DNA of 64,000 nucleotides, from the NCBI GenBank assembly GCA_964016885.1, contig OZ024743.1, positions 26,722,001 to 26,786,000 on the forward strand. The letters are read 5' to 3'. Below are positions 1-12,063 of the stretch, in pieces. Made by a program: the position numbers and the translations under genes. Source of the stretch: Eledone cirrhosa (taxonomy: Eukaryota). Each line of letters starts with the position of its first letter. Within the stretch, counting starts at the first letter, position 1. Below the pieces are notes generated by a model. The model was given only the letters and a program-made list of their open reading frames with translations. It did not search any database and had not been told where the DNA came from.

Positions 1-310
1 ACTATATATAAACAACTATCTGGTTGTGGAACCAACCAACCAACCAGAAATTTATAAATTCCTAAATTTATAAATTTATTATAATAAATTGAAGTGAAAG
101 CAACTGGTGCATGTGTTTCTTATTGGCAACATGACCCTCCTAAAGTATAACAATATCGGTTTCAACACACGATTTCAGATAAAGAATCTTGCTAAACAAA
201 TTCAGAAACAATATATATATATATTTATATATATATATTTATATATTTATATATATATATATTTATATATATTTATATATTTATATATATATATATATTT
301 ATATATATAT

Positions 311-962
311 AGAAATAAGAGGGATCAGATGTTGTTTACTCGAGAGAAGGCTACGTTGGTATGGTCACGTGATGCGCATGAAAGACGATAGCTGTATAAC
401 AAAGTGCAGGGCAATAAAGATAGACAGTAGCCACGGAATAGGCAGACCCAGAAAAACCTGGGACGAGCTGATAAATTCCGACCTCACACACTTACACCTC
501 TCCAAGATAATGTCACTGGACCGAGACCTTTGGCGGTACTCAGTAATAGAGAAGACCCGCCTTACCTAAATACAAAGTAAAACCTACTACAGTCAGTAGG
601 CATCTCTAACAAAATACACCCCCGTCCCACCACCCCCACCCCATCCACACCGCCCCTTTCAATGTAAAGTTATGTTGGTGCCACAACATCCAGGCCGAAA
701 CAAATGAGATTGTGTAGGTGTCACGACAAAAAAAAACACACAGTCCACGCTGTAATGTGGCCGTGTAGGCAACACGGTAAAAACCTCCCAGACCCACACT
801 GTAAATGTGGTTGGTGTTAGGAAGGGCATCCAGCTGTAGAAAACCTGCCAGACAGTCCTATGCGAGCAAGACAATCACTCTTGCCTCAAGTGGGAAAACC
901 CCCGTCCAAACCCATGCAAGCGTGGAACACGGACGTTAAACGTTGATGATGATGATGATGAT
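311..962 (+). mobile_element. RTE LINE 3' fragment
   Basis: IRGIRCCLLERRLRWYGHVMR...GRPRKTW...KTRLT*, then 3' UTR and (GAT)n tail; nearly identical to about 63230-63871; flanked by (TA)n. Confidence 0.9.
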
Positions 963-981
963 ATATATTTATATATATTTA

Positions 982-1034
<53 letters not shown>

Positions 1035-1254
1035 ATATATTTATATATATCTATATATTTAAATATATATATATATATATATGTGTAAATGAAGTAATTC
1101 CGTCGGAAAAGTCCAGGAAAAAAGAGTGCTCTATGTAAGCAACAGAGCTGAATAAACCAGGATTTTTTCATTCTGAGGATTGAAAGCAAAACCTTTTGCT
1201 TTTAAGAAACCACTGGTAAATGGAATAATTGCCTTATGTTGTTTATTACATAAT

Positions 1255-1301
<47 letters not shown>

Positions 1302-1416
1302 ATACATAGTTTAGAAAGCCACAACAATGTTGTGGCTTTCTAAACTACGTATTTTACACATTTCACAATGCTTCAAGCAAACTTTAACACCCTCTTATCA
1401 TATATATATATATATT

Positions 1417-1449
<33 letters not shown>

Positions 1450-1582
1450 GTATATATATATTTATATATATATATTTATATTTATATATATATATATATA
1501 TATATTTATGTTTGGCCGCCCTCCTATCTCTGCTTCTCAGCCCCATGGATTTTGTCTATTATATTCCTTTGTTAAATTTCAA

Positions 1583-1640
1583 ATACCTGATGATGTCACC
1601 GGATTCATACTGAACTCGGTCATTGAACTGATCATAGTAT
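1583..1640 (+). ncRNA. Decayed type I minimal hammerhead ribozyme motif
   Basis: ATAC-CTGATGA-[imperfect hairpin ACCGGATTCA tac TGAACTCGGT]-GAAC (GAAA expected)-TGATCA (palindrome)-TA-GTAT (pairs with ATAC). Confidence 0.55.
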
Positions 1641-1850
1641 AATAAACCTTTTAAGGAATTACACCAGTCCAGTCTCCTGTTATTTTATAATATTTAACTC
1701 CGTACTCGCACCACCAACAACAGAAACGAAGACGGGCGAGTTGCATTACGGCGAGTGCTCTCCCTAATATTACATCGAGGTTGACCATACGGAATGACCA
1801 GTTCTATCCAGTGGTGAACCAACAAACCTAAATAAATATATATATATATA

Positions 1851-1927
1851 GGAAAATGTTTAACCCCGACAGCAGAGCTCAAGTCGTTTTGACGGCTATT
1901 TCTGGACTAAATTTGAATTTTTAGAGT

Positions 1928-1930
<3 letters not shown>
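1851..1930 (-). mobile_element. Fragment of the short family seen at 15340-15516 and 59991-60192
   Basis: accccgacagcagagctcaagtcgttttgacggctatttctggact is a decayed match to 60085-60130; lies between (TA)n runs. Confidence 0.7.
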
Positions 1931-1993
<63 letters not shown>

Positions 1994-4261
1994 ACTAACA
2001 GAACAAACAAAAGCAATTTCTATTTAAAATTCTTTTACGCATTAACAGGATAAACAACATTTTTTGTTGATAATAAACAAATGTACTGAATGTGAGTATT
2101 ATTCACTTCTTAATTCATGATCTTGCACAGACTATCATAATATTATCAAAGCAATTAATAAAGAAGCGGGAAAACATACTGAATCTTTATATTTAGAGTA
2201 TGCTAAGAAATATAATAGGAGGATTTGGCTTCAGAGAAATTAAACAAGAAATGAAAGCAACAATACTATATTTCAAATTTACCATACGCAAATGACTATA
2301 TAAATTTTAATAAAAATGTTCCTACGCTGAAGAAAATATAAGAAAAGATTGTTTCTAATTGGCTAGAGTATACCAGCAATTGTAGAATAAAATATATTAT
2401 AATAATAACTACATTGTCACTTTTAAGAAAAAGCTTTTGAATCACATGTGTAAAAGAACCAATCCAAAAATGACTTGGAAAAGAAAATGCTAAGCCATTT
2501 ATCTAAACTAAATATCATAGATTGATTATTTTCAATGACTTAAAACAACAACAACAAAAAAATATCAAACATTCCATGTTATTAATCTCATAAATTGATG
2601 GAAAACACTGTCAGTAAACTTTGGGGTGCTTGTGAAATACTGAATAGACTGAAACTAAAACAAATAATCACACACATATCTGCACAGACACATTCACTTC
2701 AGCTTTTGTGAGAATCAAAAAATTGAAGCACGTTATCATTTTTAGTCTGCTAAAAATTTATATTATCATTGCAATTCACATTGCAATTAGAAATTACAAA
2801 AATTATAACCATTTAATAATATTTTACTGGATAATCATTATTAGAACTTTAGTGTCACTGAAAACTGGGTCATTGGATTTACTTGTTCTACATTAATAAT
2901 AATGGTGCATGTTAATTCCTTTCAGATTTTCCCTTAACAGGATATAGGGGCTCATAGAGTAAAAACAGATTTATTTCGCTAGAAAGTGCAAACATTGCAA
3001 ATGAGAGCTATAAAACCAATTGAATTAGCTGGATATATTATGCAGAGTTAGTACAATCACTGACTGTTGGAGTTAAAATTGTAGTTAGCAATCAAAAATA
3101 TTAATCAATGCTAAATGGATAATTAGATCAGTAAAGATAGGTGATATAGACAACAACTTAAAGAAAAATGTGAGAGCTAGAGACCTTCTGGTAATTAGGA
3201 GAGTTATAAGTTAAGAAAGGCATAGGTTGTAGGGAATTGACACAACAAACTGGAGAAAAACGTTTTTCTAGACCCAGCCAAGGTTACTATAAATATTTAT
3301 GGAAACAATATAAAGCTCAAGCTATTTCATTTGATTATAATAGCTAAATACATTTAAGGCAAAATAATTTAAGTAACAAAAAACGAAAATATTTGTTTAT
3401 GATGTAAGACATACATGGTAGTAAACATTAACAGATAAATATTAATCATTTTGAACAATAATAAAATATGATAGACTTTAGAAAAACACATTATATAATT
3501 GTTTCCAACTTTATAAATGATTTTCTCGAAGAAAATTACATTTAACAGAAATAATGGCAACTGTTAGTTTAATAGTTTAAATATTTTAAGTGGCATCAAC
3601 TGTCTATTACAGAAAATAATCAGTATGTTTGATAAACTGACGTTACATTAAAAAAATAACTTTAATAGAATTGCATTTAAGCAAGTAATACATGAATGTG
3701 CATGATAAGAATTAGAATTGACAAATGTTATTGTTAATCATTTAATATGTGTGTCTGCAGAAACAAATTTCACAATATAGCTATAAGTAATCATTGTCAG
3801 TTATTAACTGGTACATGGATGTCAAATATAACTCACCAAAGCAATACAGAGCAAAATATTTGCACAATAAAATTGATACTAATACAGAGTGTGCAACACA
3901 TTCAGTACAGAAATCTAACTACTCAGATAGATATGATATAACAACAATTCAATCTTTAAAACACACAGCCAAGGGATGAAGCAAATAACCATGCAAAAAC
4001 TATGCAAGTAAATAGCAAGAAACTATTGGCATACCATTTCTGAAAAATGCTTACATTGTTTTAAAAATATTACTTCAATTTTGTATAGAATTAACTTAAT
4101 TTAAAATACTCTTATTCAAGTTATGTTTAAAACTATTGTATTTTACTCAGGTTTAGTACAGAAAAATCCAGAATTATAGATTTCTGTATAACTATCCTCC
4201 ATGAAAATCTATTGTGGAAATGTTTTAGCAGACTTCAAGAAAAACATGAAGTAGGGCTTAC

Positions 4262-4312
4262 ATGGTACATCAGATAGATGAATAGTGAAAGTGTTTGAAA
4301 AAAAAGAGAAAA
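4262..4312 (-). CDS. Candidate 51-nt cassette exon
   Basis: Acceptor ctcctctctctttcag|, donor T|gtaagc, symmetric phase 1, open (VFSFFSNTFTIHLSDVP). Splice-signal evidence only. Confidence 0.25.
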
Positions 4313-4751
4313 CTGAAAGAGAGAGGAGTGAGAAAGATATGCACGGTAAGCTCAATTGGTAAAGATTTAAACCTGGTGCACCCAAAAGGGACTGATTGAA
4401 CTTTGGGGACAAAAACTAACATTTGTATAAAAAAGAAAATACATAAGATAATACAATAAAATACAACTTGCTTATACAGGTTTCTAATTTATATATAATT
4501 AGTCTGTATTGTTTGTTTATTTTATATTTTATTTAGTGACATATTTAATTATTTACGTATTTAATTATATGCATATTAAAGATGGCGTCAAGGATTCCAC
4601 AAAAAGGTTGATGAAGTTTCAAGGATTTCATAAAGGGCTGAAGATCTAAAAAGTTTGGGGGTCCCTGATCTAAACCATTCTGTCAGTTGGCTATGTTTAT
4701 ACAAGGTACATATTTAAAACTAACCATCAAACTCACTTCATTTTAGAATAT

Positions 4752-4975
4752 TCGTTTCTGATTTAGGCACAAGGCCAACAATTTTTGGGGAAGGGGAAGT
4801 CGATTAAATCGACCCCAGTGTATTATTGGAACTTTATTTTGTCGACCCCGTAAGGATGAAAGGCAAAGCTAACCTCAACAGTATTTGAACTCAGATCGTA
4901 AAGGGGCGTAACTCTATGTACTCATAAAGTATATTATCCAATGTTCTACCTATATTGCCAAACCACTGCCCTCTT
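4752..4975 (-). mobile_element. tRNA-derived SINE with Meta-type core
   Basis: Reverse complement of GCCTTTCATCCTTACGGGGTCGACAAAATAAAG and B-box GAGTTCAAAT; same family as 24702-24891. Confidence 0.8.
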
Positions 4976-5586
4976 CCTTTTAAAATATTAAAAGCATTCA
5001 GCTATAAAAAATGTATGTAAATGTGCATATCTAGTCAATACATAACATCATGAAAAATTAGAATGAGAGAGAGAGATTGCATATGTGGGATAAAGTTGGA
5101 AAGAAAAAACAATTACTTTAAATCAATTTTAAAAATATAATATACATTCAAATCTCATTTAAGGAATACTTTATAGAAAGCTACTCTTTTCAATAAAAAA
5201 AAACAATTCCCTTTTTATTATCTAGAATTATTATTTATTGACCAAAGAAGTGAATTGGCAGAGTCATCAGGGCGTTAGATTAAAAATGCCTCAGTATTTA
5301 TTTCAATTCACTGTGCTCTTTAGTTCAAATCCCACCAACAACAACTTTGTATTTCATCCTTTTGAGGTTAAAAGTACCAGTCCTCTGGGAGGAACTGGCT
5401 GCGTTCTGACCTGGAGATGGATTTTTAAAGTGCCATTTAAAATTTCTCTTATTTTTTTCACATCTGAAAGAGCCGGTCATATTTACATCCACAAAAACAT
5501 CTCATAATGCAAAAATAAGTGAAATTGTTAATAAAAATATTCTCAACTTCCACATTGTGTTGATTGCTCTTTTCCTTTGTTAGTAG

Positions 5587-5622
<36 letters not shown>

Positions 5623-5628
<6 letters not shown>

Positions 5629-6020
5629 GTGCCACAACATCCAGGCCGAAACAAATGAGATCGTGTAGGTGTCGCGACAAAAAACACACAGTCCACGCTG
5701 TAATGTGGCCGTGTAGGCAACACGGTAAAAACCTCCCAGTCCCACACTGTAAATGTGGTTGGTGTTAGGAAGGGCATCCAGCTGTAGAAAACACGCCAGA
5801 CAGTCCACGCTGTAATGTGGCCGTGTAGGCAACACGGTAAAAACCTCCCAGCCCCACACTGTAAATGTGGTTGGTGTTAGGAAGGGCATCCAGCTGTAGA
5901 AAACCCGCCAGACAGTCCTATGCGAGCAAGACAACCACTCTTGCCTCAAGTGGGAAAACTCCCGTCCAAACCCATGCAACCGTGGAACATGGACGTTAAA
6001 CGATGATGATGATAATGATG
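5623..6020 (+). mobile_element. RTE 3' UTR fragment with internal 112-bp tandem duplication
   Basis: Matches the RTE 3' UTR; unit starting at ACAGTCC repeats at about 5688 and 5800; (GAT)n tail. Confidence 0.85.
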
Positions 6021-6238
6021 ATACATATTTTAATGAAAATATGAGAAGGTGGTGGATTCCAATAGCTTTCTTTATTGTTGTGTAATTATATAATACGTAT
6101 TTGTGTGGCCAGTATATGTCATCAAATGATATGAACAAAAAACATTTAGTTAAGTAATCCTTAGTGGGTCACAGCAAAACAAACAATGAATTGATATGGA
6201 GGCAGCCTGCCTAGCAATACCATTATTATGACAGACAG

Positions 6239-6286
<48 letters not shown>

Positions 6287-6289
<3 letters not shown>

Positions 6290-6580
6290 GGATTATAATG
6301 TCCAGTTACTGTACGTTCACCAGAGTAAGCACTCAATGCATAGTTTCCAGTAAGTATAGAGGTGTGGTACTAAGCAGAGTGTAATTATAATAATAATAAA
6401 AGGACAATGTTATGTCTTCATTACATTTATTGAGAAATGACAGAGGTCTGACAAGCTTTTGATTCTAGAGTCGGACTAGATCAATACAGATCTAACAATG
6501 AGCTGATCAATAGCGAAATGCGCATCATTACTCAATAAACATAATGAAGACATAACAAATCATCCTTTTATTATTATTAC
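6287..6580. mobile_element. Fold-back mini-element in (TA)n with decayed hammerhead
   Basis: Imperfect inverted repeat about 6389-6440 vs 6525-6578; GCTGATCAATAGC-GAAA-TGCGCA-TC at 6502-6526; CTGATGA box degraded. Confidence 0.55.
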
Positions 6581-6594
6581 ATATATATGTGTGT

Positions 6595-6820
6595 GTAAAG
6601 TGGTTGGTGTTAGGAAGGGCATCCAGCAATAGAAAGCTTGCCAAAAAGAGGTTAGGAGGACCTTTCAGTTTGTGTCAATAGACACAGCGTCTCCTTTGCA
6701 CTTCATATGACCATACATAAGCAAGATACTGATACCTCGGCCTCTCTGGCAGGTCAGTAGCCCTGGACTTGGTCTATGTAGATCTGTCCAGCCCTTGCTA
6801 GCAGGGGAAGCAGATGTTAA

Positions 6821-6895
<75 letters not shown>

Positions 6896-7120
6896 ATCAC
6901 CATTTAACATCCATTTTCCACACTAGCATCAGTTAGATGAGCCTTCCCATTGTGAGACAAGCCAAGTCTGATAACCATATCTTGCTCAAACATTGGTTTC
7001 TATGGCTGGATTCACTTTCTAGCACTAAACACATTTACTGTGAGTACTGGGTGCTTGTTTTCATGTCACCAACATGACCACTTTACAGTGTGGGCTGGGT
7101 GCTTTTCGTTGTGGACTGGG
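6595..7120. mobile_element. Two degenerate RTE-tail fragments, tail to tail
   Basis: GTGGTTGGTGTTAGGAAGGGCATCCAGC...(GAT)n on + (6595-6862), and a reverse copy at about 6895-7120. Confidence 0.7.
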
Positions 7121-7275
7121 GATTTGGATATATATGTGTGTGTGTGTGTTTGTATAATATATATGTGTATATATATATGTATAAATGTGTATGTGTGTGT
7201 GTGTGCATATATATGTATAAAAAATTTATATTGAAAATTGGAATGATTTACTTAGGATTAGTGTTATATAATTAA

Positions 7276-7471
7276 CCCTTTTCATACCAAACTGCTTTTC
7301 ATTCTATGATACTAAACAGTTTCTATCACAATTTTAGGCAAGAACATTTCTTAAATTATGATCCCCAAACCAACTTAATAAAAAAATTTGTTATATTACT
7401 AAATTCCTCCAAATTCTTGACTAAAACAAACAGAATGAAGGGGAATTTTTGGCAGTTTGTTATCAAAAGGG
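7276..7471. mobile_element. piggyBac-type MITE
   Basis: TTAA|CCCTTTTCATA...TATCAAAAGGG|TTAA: terminal inverted repeats with a TTAA target duplication. Confidence 0.75.
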
Positions 7472-9233
7472 TTAATATATTCTTATCTTTCTATATATAA
7501 AAACTGTCAAAAGAAATTAAGAAAAGAAAACAAACTTAAGGTGGATTCATCAAAGATTCATATTGGAAAGTATCAATAGTTTCTTCAGAAATTATTGAAA
7601 TCTAGTTTTAATATGATCAAGAGCCCTCAGCTAGCCAATTAAATATATTAATTTCAATATTTAGTTGAAATATAAAGTGGAATTGTCTATTCTATGAAAA
7701 TTCTAATAATTTGGTAAGGGAAAGGATTTGATGAAACAATCATCATAATCTTAATGCCAGCTTTTCTCAATCTAGTATTGGTCGGAAAGGTCAGTATAAT
7801 AGCATATCTCCATGCCATACCTTCTTATCTGGTGCCTAAATTTCTAATGAATGATCTAATAACTATATTCCAAACTTGTTTGATTCCTTAATATTTTGTT
7901 ATTCCACTTATATACTTCATATTATCTCTTGTGTATGCCATTCGTGTCTCTAGTATTATTAGTGTACCTTGCAACACTTCTGTCATTTTTCTTCTAATTG
8001 TTATTTCTGCTTATAGCAGAGTACAAAATATCAACAACATATTTCGATTTGTGTTTAAGGATGTTCATGGTCACTTTTTAAAATCAATTACTTTACATGA
8101 AAGGTCAGCCTGCTGGGGAAGGGATATACTGTCTGCTAGTCATAACTTCTGTTGGAAGTGTCACTGCTTTTTAATTGGCAAGAAATAGGATTTGAACTCA
8201 GAATGCACTGCCAGAACAGATACTGTAAAGTACATTGTCCAACTCTAACAATTCTGCCAATCCATCTCCCTTCATTTGATACTTTACTTATTGACCCAGA
8301 ATGATTAAAAGCAAAGTTGATCTTGGCAGGATTTAAAATCAAAGTACAGAAGGCCAGAACAAATACTGTGGTATTTAATTTAATGCTCTAAAGACTGATA
8401 ATTTGTTGCCTTTAGTCACAAGAGAAGTAAGATTACACAAGACTAATGCTAACGATAAGTTATGAGGGTGTTGAAAGGATAAATGCAAATCCGGATATAT
8501 AATCTATGATAAAGTTAAGAATTAATATATCTAGTGTCAGTTAGTATCAATATGTGAAATTATATTTCAAAGATAATTTTATGTTGTAATTATCAAGATA
8601 TGAAACGCTTTTGAAAGTAAGGCAAGTTATGGCGTAATAAGGATAAAAAGAAGTTATTTATTTGTTTAAAATGTAGAACCAAGATAAGTTTCATGTGGTT
8701 TGATATGAAAAAGGAATGCTAAATTAGGAATCCACCTGGTCACTATATTCAACCTCCTCTTTCTTAAATGCATTATGAAGAAATTAAAGACTGAATGTTT
8801 ATGATCAGGGAACTTAGTTCACATTGATGTATGAAGAACACCAGGAAAGGTTTAAACTCTGAAACTGAAGGCTAAATCAGAATATGATCACTAGTATAGA
8901 TAATTCATTAGGGAAATAGAAAATACTGTATGGAGATAGTGAACAGAAGAACTTGGCATTGTGTTGGTAGTATATTATGTTGATATGACAAATTCTTGCT
9001 GTCAATCCTGGATGAGATGAAAATAGAAATACTTCGCGAAAATACATATATAACCATCAACGTCATCATCATCAATTGGCATCTGTTTTCCCTCCCAGCA
9101 TGGGCTGGAACATATATATATATATCATCATTATCGTTTAACGTCCATTTTTCCATGTTAGCATTGGTTAGATGAGTTGTTCCCAATGTGAGACAAGTCA
9201 TATCAGATGACTGTGTCTCATGCAGAACTGTTT

Positions 9234-9269
<36 letters not shown>

Positions 9270-9423
9270 ACACACACACACATCAAAAACAACAAGGCCA
9301 GAAATTTGACCCCATACTTGACTCGTACTTTATCAATTGCAAAAAAATACGCCAAGGAATTTTGTTCAACAATCTAATGATTCCATCTATCCACTGAACA
9401 TACACAACTATATATATATATAT

Positions 9424-12063
9424 GTAAATATCTTTAATTCGTTTGGAAGCCTTGACAATGCAAATGGGTAAATCTCCGGGTAACAAGGTCCGGTGGTGGA
9501 GAGAGAGATGTAAGTGGGTGTACGTTGAGATGCGTGGTGTGTATAATATGTGTGAGATGTGTAGAATGAAGGGAAGAGTATAAAGGATAAAAATAAAAAT
9601 AACAACACAAGAGAGAGTTACCTTGGGAGAGATTTAATACTCCCTATATATTTCGGATTCACATCCATCAACTGGGGTTTTTTCCGGGGTGGGGGAAAAG
9701 GTTGTCTGTCGGACAACTCGGAACGCGTCTTTCGCTGTTTGTTGATTTGAATATCTGAGGTATTCGGCAGAGCGCGCATGCGCGTGAAATGGGGTCGGTC
9801 GTACAGAGGTCAGCGGCCGAATGAGGGAGTGGGATGGCGCTAGCTGTCAGTCCATTCTCTGCCTGTTTGTTAAATGTTACTGTGTGTGTGTGTGTGCGTG
9901 TGTAGTTGTCTCGCTTGAGTGTGTGTGTGTTGTTGCCTTGTTCATCTGTATTGGCAGTGTAGTATGTTCGTATGGTGGAATGCTACTGTGTGTGTAGTTG
10001 TCTCGTTTGTGTGTGCGTGTGTTGTGTGTTGTTGCATCGCTTGTTAATTTAAACCAGCCATTTCATTTCGCTTCTCTCTGATCGGTTGTTTATTTGCGGT
10101 TGCAGTCGTTTGATAAAAAGCGCTTCCTTGATACGTAACGTGCCGACGTTTCTTTCAGTCGCTAGAATTGTGACAATGGGCCTTCCGTCTTTGTTTCCGC
10201 ATTTGTCTATGTGTTTCCGGAAAGACGAGGCCCTGGTTTTAGTGTGTTCCTTGATCCGGATGTGCAAAGGTCGAATTGTGCTACCTATGTAGTATTGGTT
10301 GCACCTGTCACATTCTATCTTATACACGACGTATGTGCGTAGGCAACAGTTAGCATGGCGTATCGGGCAGTCTCTGAGGGAGCATGCGTCAGTAGATATT
10401 TTGGGTTTCCTGGAGAGGCATCTTCGCAGGGAGGGGCCCGAGTGGGCCAGGTGGATGTCGAGGCCCTCCCTCCGTATAGCCTTGCGGATAGCGTTGGTGG
10501 TTTTCTCGCCCAGGTGTGGCATTTTAAGGAAGCACTTGCCTTGGGTGCTTCTCTGTCTCTTGCGTCTGGTGTCTCCTATTCTGTCTGTGATCGAGGTAGG
10601 GTACCCGTTCGTCTCCAGCACCCCGAGGAATCGCTTGGTATGAGTGACACCACTCGCGGGATCGCTGCATCTGTTTTTGATTTGCGCGATCTCGTTCGTG
10701 ATGTATCCTCTTTTGGCACTGTTAGGGAGGGTGGACTTGTAGTGAACGAATAGGTCCCTGCAGGCTGCCTTTCTGTAGAAGTTGCAGTGGATCCCTCCTT
10801 GTTCCGTGATGTTGATTCGGAAGTCGAGGAGGGCAAGTGACCCGTCTTCGTTGGGGTGTTCAACACTGAAGTCAATGTTCTCGTCCGTGTTGTTGAACGT
10901 CTCATAGATTCTGTTCGCCGTGTTTTGGGAAGATGTGAGGATGAGGATATCGTCCACGTATCTTGAGAAAAAGGCTACGGCGTTGGGGTGGCAGGCGTTG
11001 AGTGCCTTGCGTTCGAGGTTGTCCATGTAGGAGATCGCTAGCACACCCGATAGACTTGATCCCATGGGCAATCCCGAGGTTTGTTGGTATATTTGGTCAA
11101 AGAATCCGAAGTAGGTGTTGTCGACGACGATGGATAGGAGTTGGTGGATGTCAGTGGTGGTGAGCCCGAAGCAGTGTAGGTCGGTGGATTGGACGCGTTA
11201 CATTAGTATATTGACGGCCGGGAGTGCCGGGACCGAGGTGTAGAGAGCGACTACATCAAGGCTGAAGGCATATCTGTTATTCCTTCTGGTGTCGGGATCC
11301 ATTTGATGCAGGCGCTTCAACACCTCCTCGGAGCTGTTAACGTGTCCCGGCAAGGTGTCTAAGATGGGTTTGAGTATTCTAGCTAGGAGCCATGAAATTT
11401 TGTAGAGTGGTCCCTCCACGCTCGATACGATGGGCCTGATTTTCAGGTCGGGTCCCTGTTTGTGTGTTTTCACGAGGTGGTAGAAGGCGGGTAGTCTGCT
11501 GTTCCTCGTGAGGAGGTTGTATCTCAGCTTCTTCGGGAGCTTCCGCCGGTCGCAGATGTTGGTCCAGGCGGAGTTGATGTGTTCTTCTATCTGCGCGGGA
11601 GTGATTCCCGTGACCTTGGAGTAGAGGTTGTCATCGTCAAGGTGTTGGAGGGCCAGGGTGTTGTAGGCCTCTCTGCTGATGACGCAGAATTCTTTTCCCT
11701 TGTCGGAGGGGAGATAAATGAGGTTCTTCGATTTTAGGTTGGAGAGAGTGGTGAGTTGAGATTTGGTGAGGTTATGTGTTGTGCGTGTGTGTGTGTGTGT
11801 TTGTGAAGTATATCCGAGATGGAGTGTTTTAGCCTGATGAGTTTAGTGTCGAGTTCGTGGTTGGTGGGTGGGGGGTGGAGTGGGTTGTCGGGGTGGTAAG
11901 TGGGGAACTTGGGGTGGGTTGTGTCGGCGCTGTTATTATCTGTGGCGCTGTTGATAGCGGTCACCCATTTAAGTTGGTAAGCGGCTCGACAAAAGTTGGC
12001 CTCGATGTTGAGTTTGAGTCTGTCGTCGAGACGTTGTGTGACGATGAACTTAGGTCCGAGGTG
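9424..12063 (-). mobile_element. Penelope-like retroelement (RT + GIY-YIG endonuclease), 5'-truncated
   Basis: SDKG motif, KTHK...IRPIVS, SLDVVALYT, GLPMGSSLS, RYVDD, then VVYKIECDRCNQYYIGST...RIKEH. One in-frame TAA (11198-11200) and a frameshift in a (CA)n run near 11785-11800. Both ends abut (TA)n. Confidence 0.95.

Noticed and set aside
10086-10905. Overlapping ORFs antisense or out of frame to the PLE, and similar ones over the RTE copies
   Set aside because: Shadow ORFs of GC-richer coding sequence with no recognisable motifs.
11198-11200. Selenocysteine recoding in the PLE ORF
   Set aside because: The interrupting codon is TAA, not TGA.
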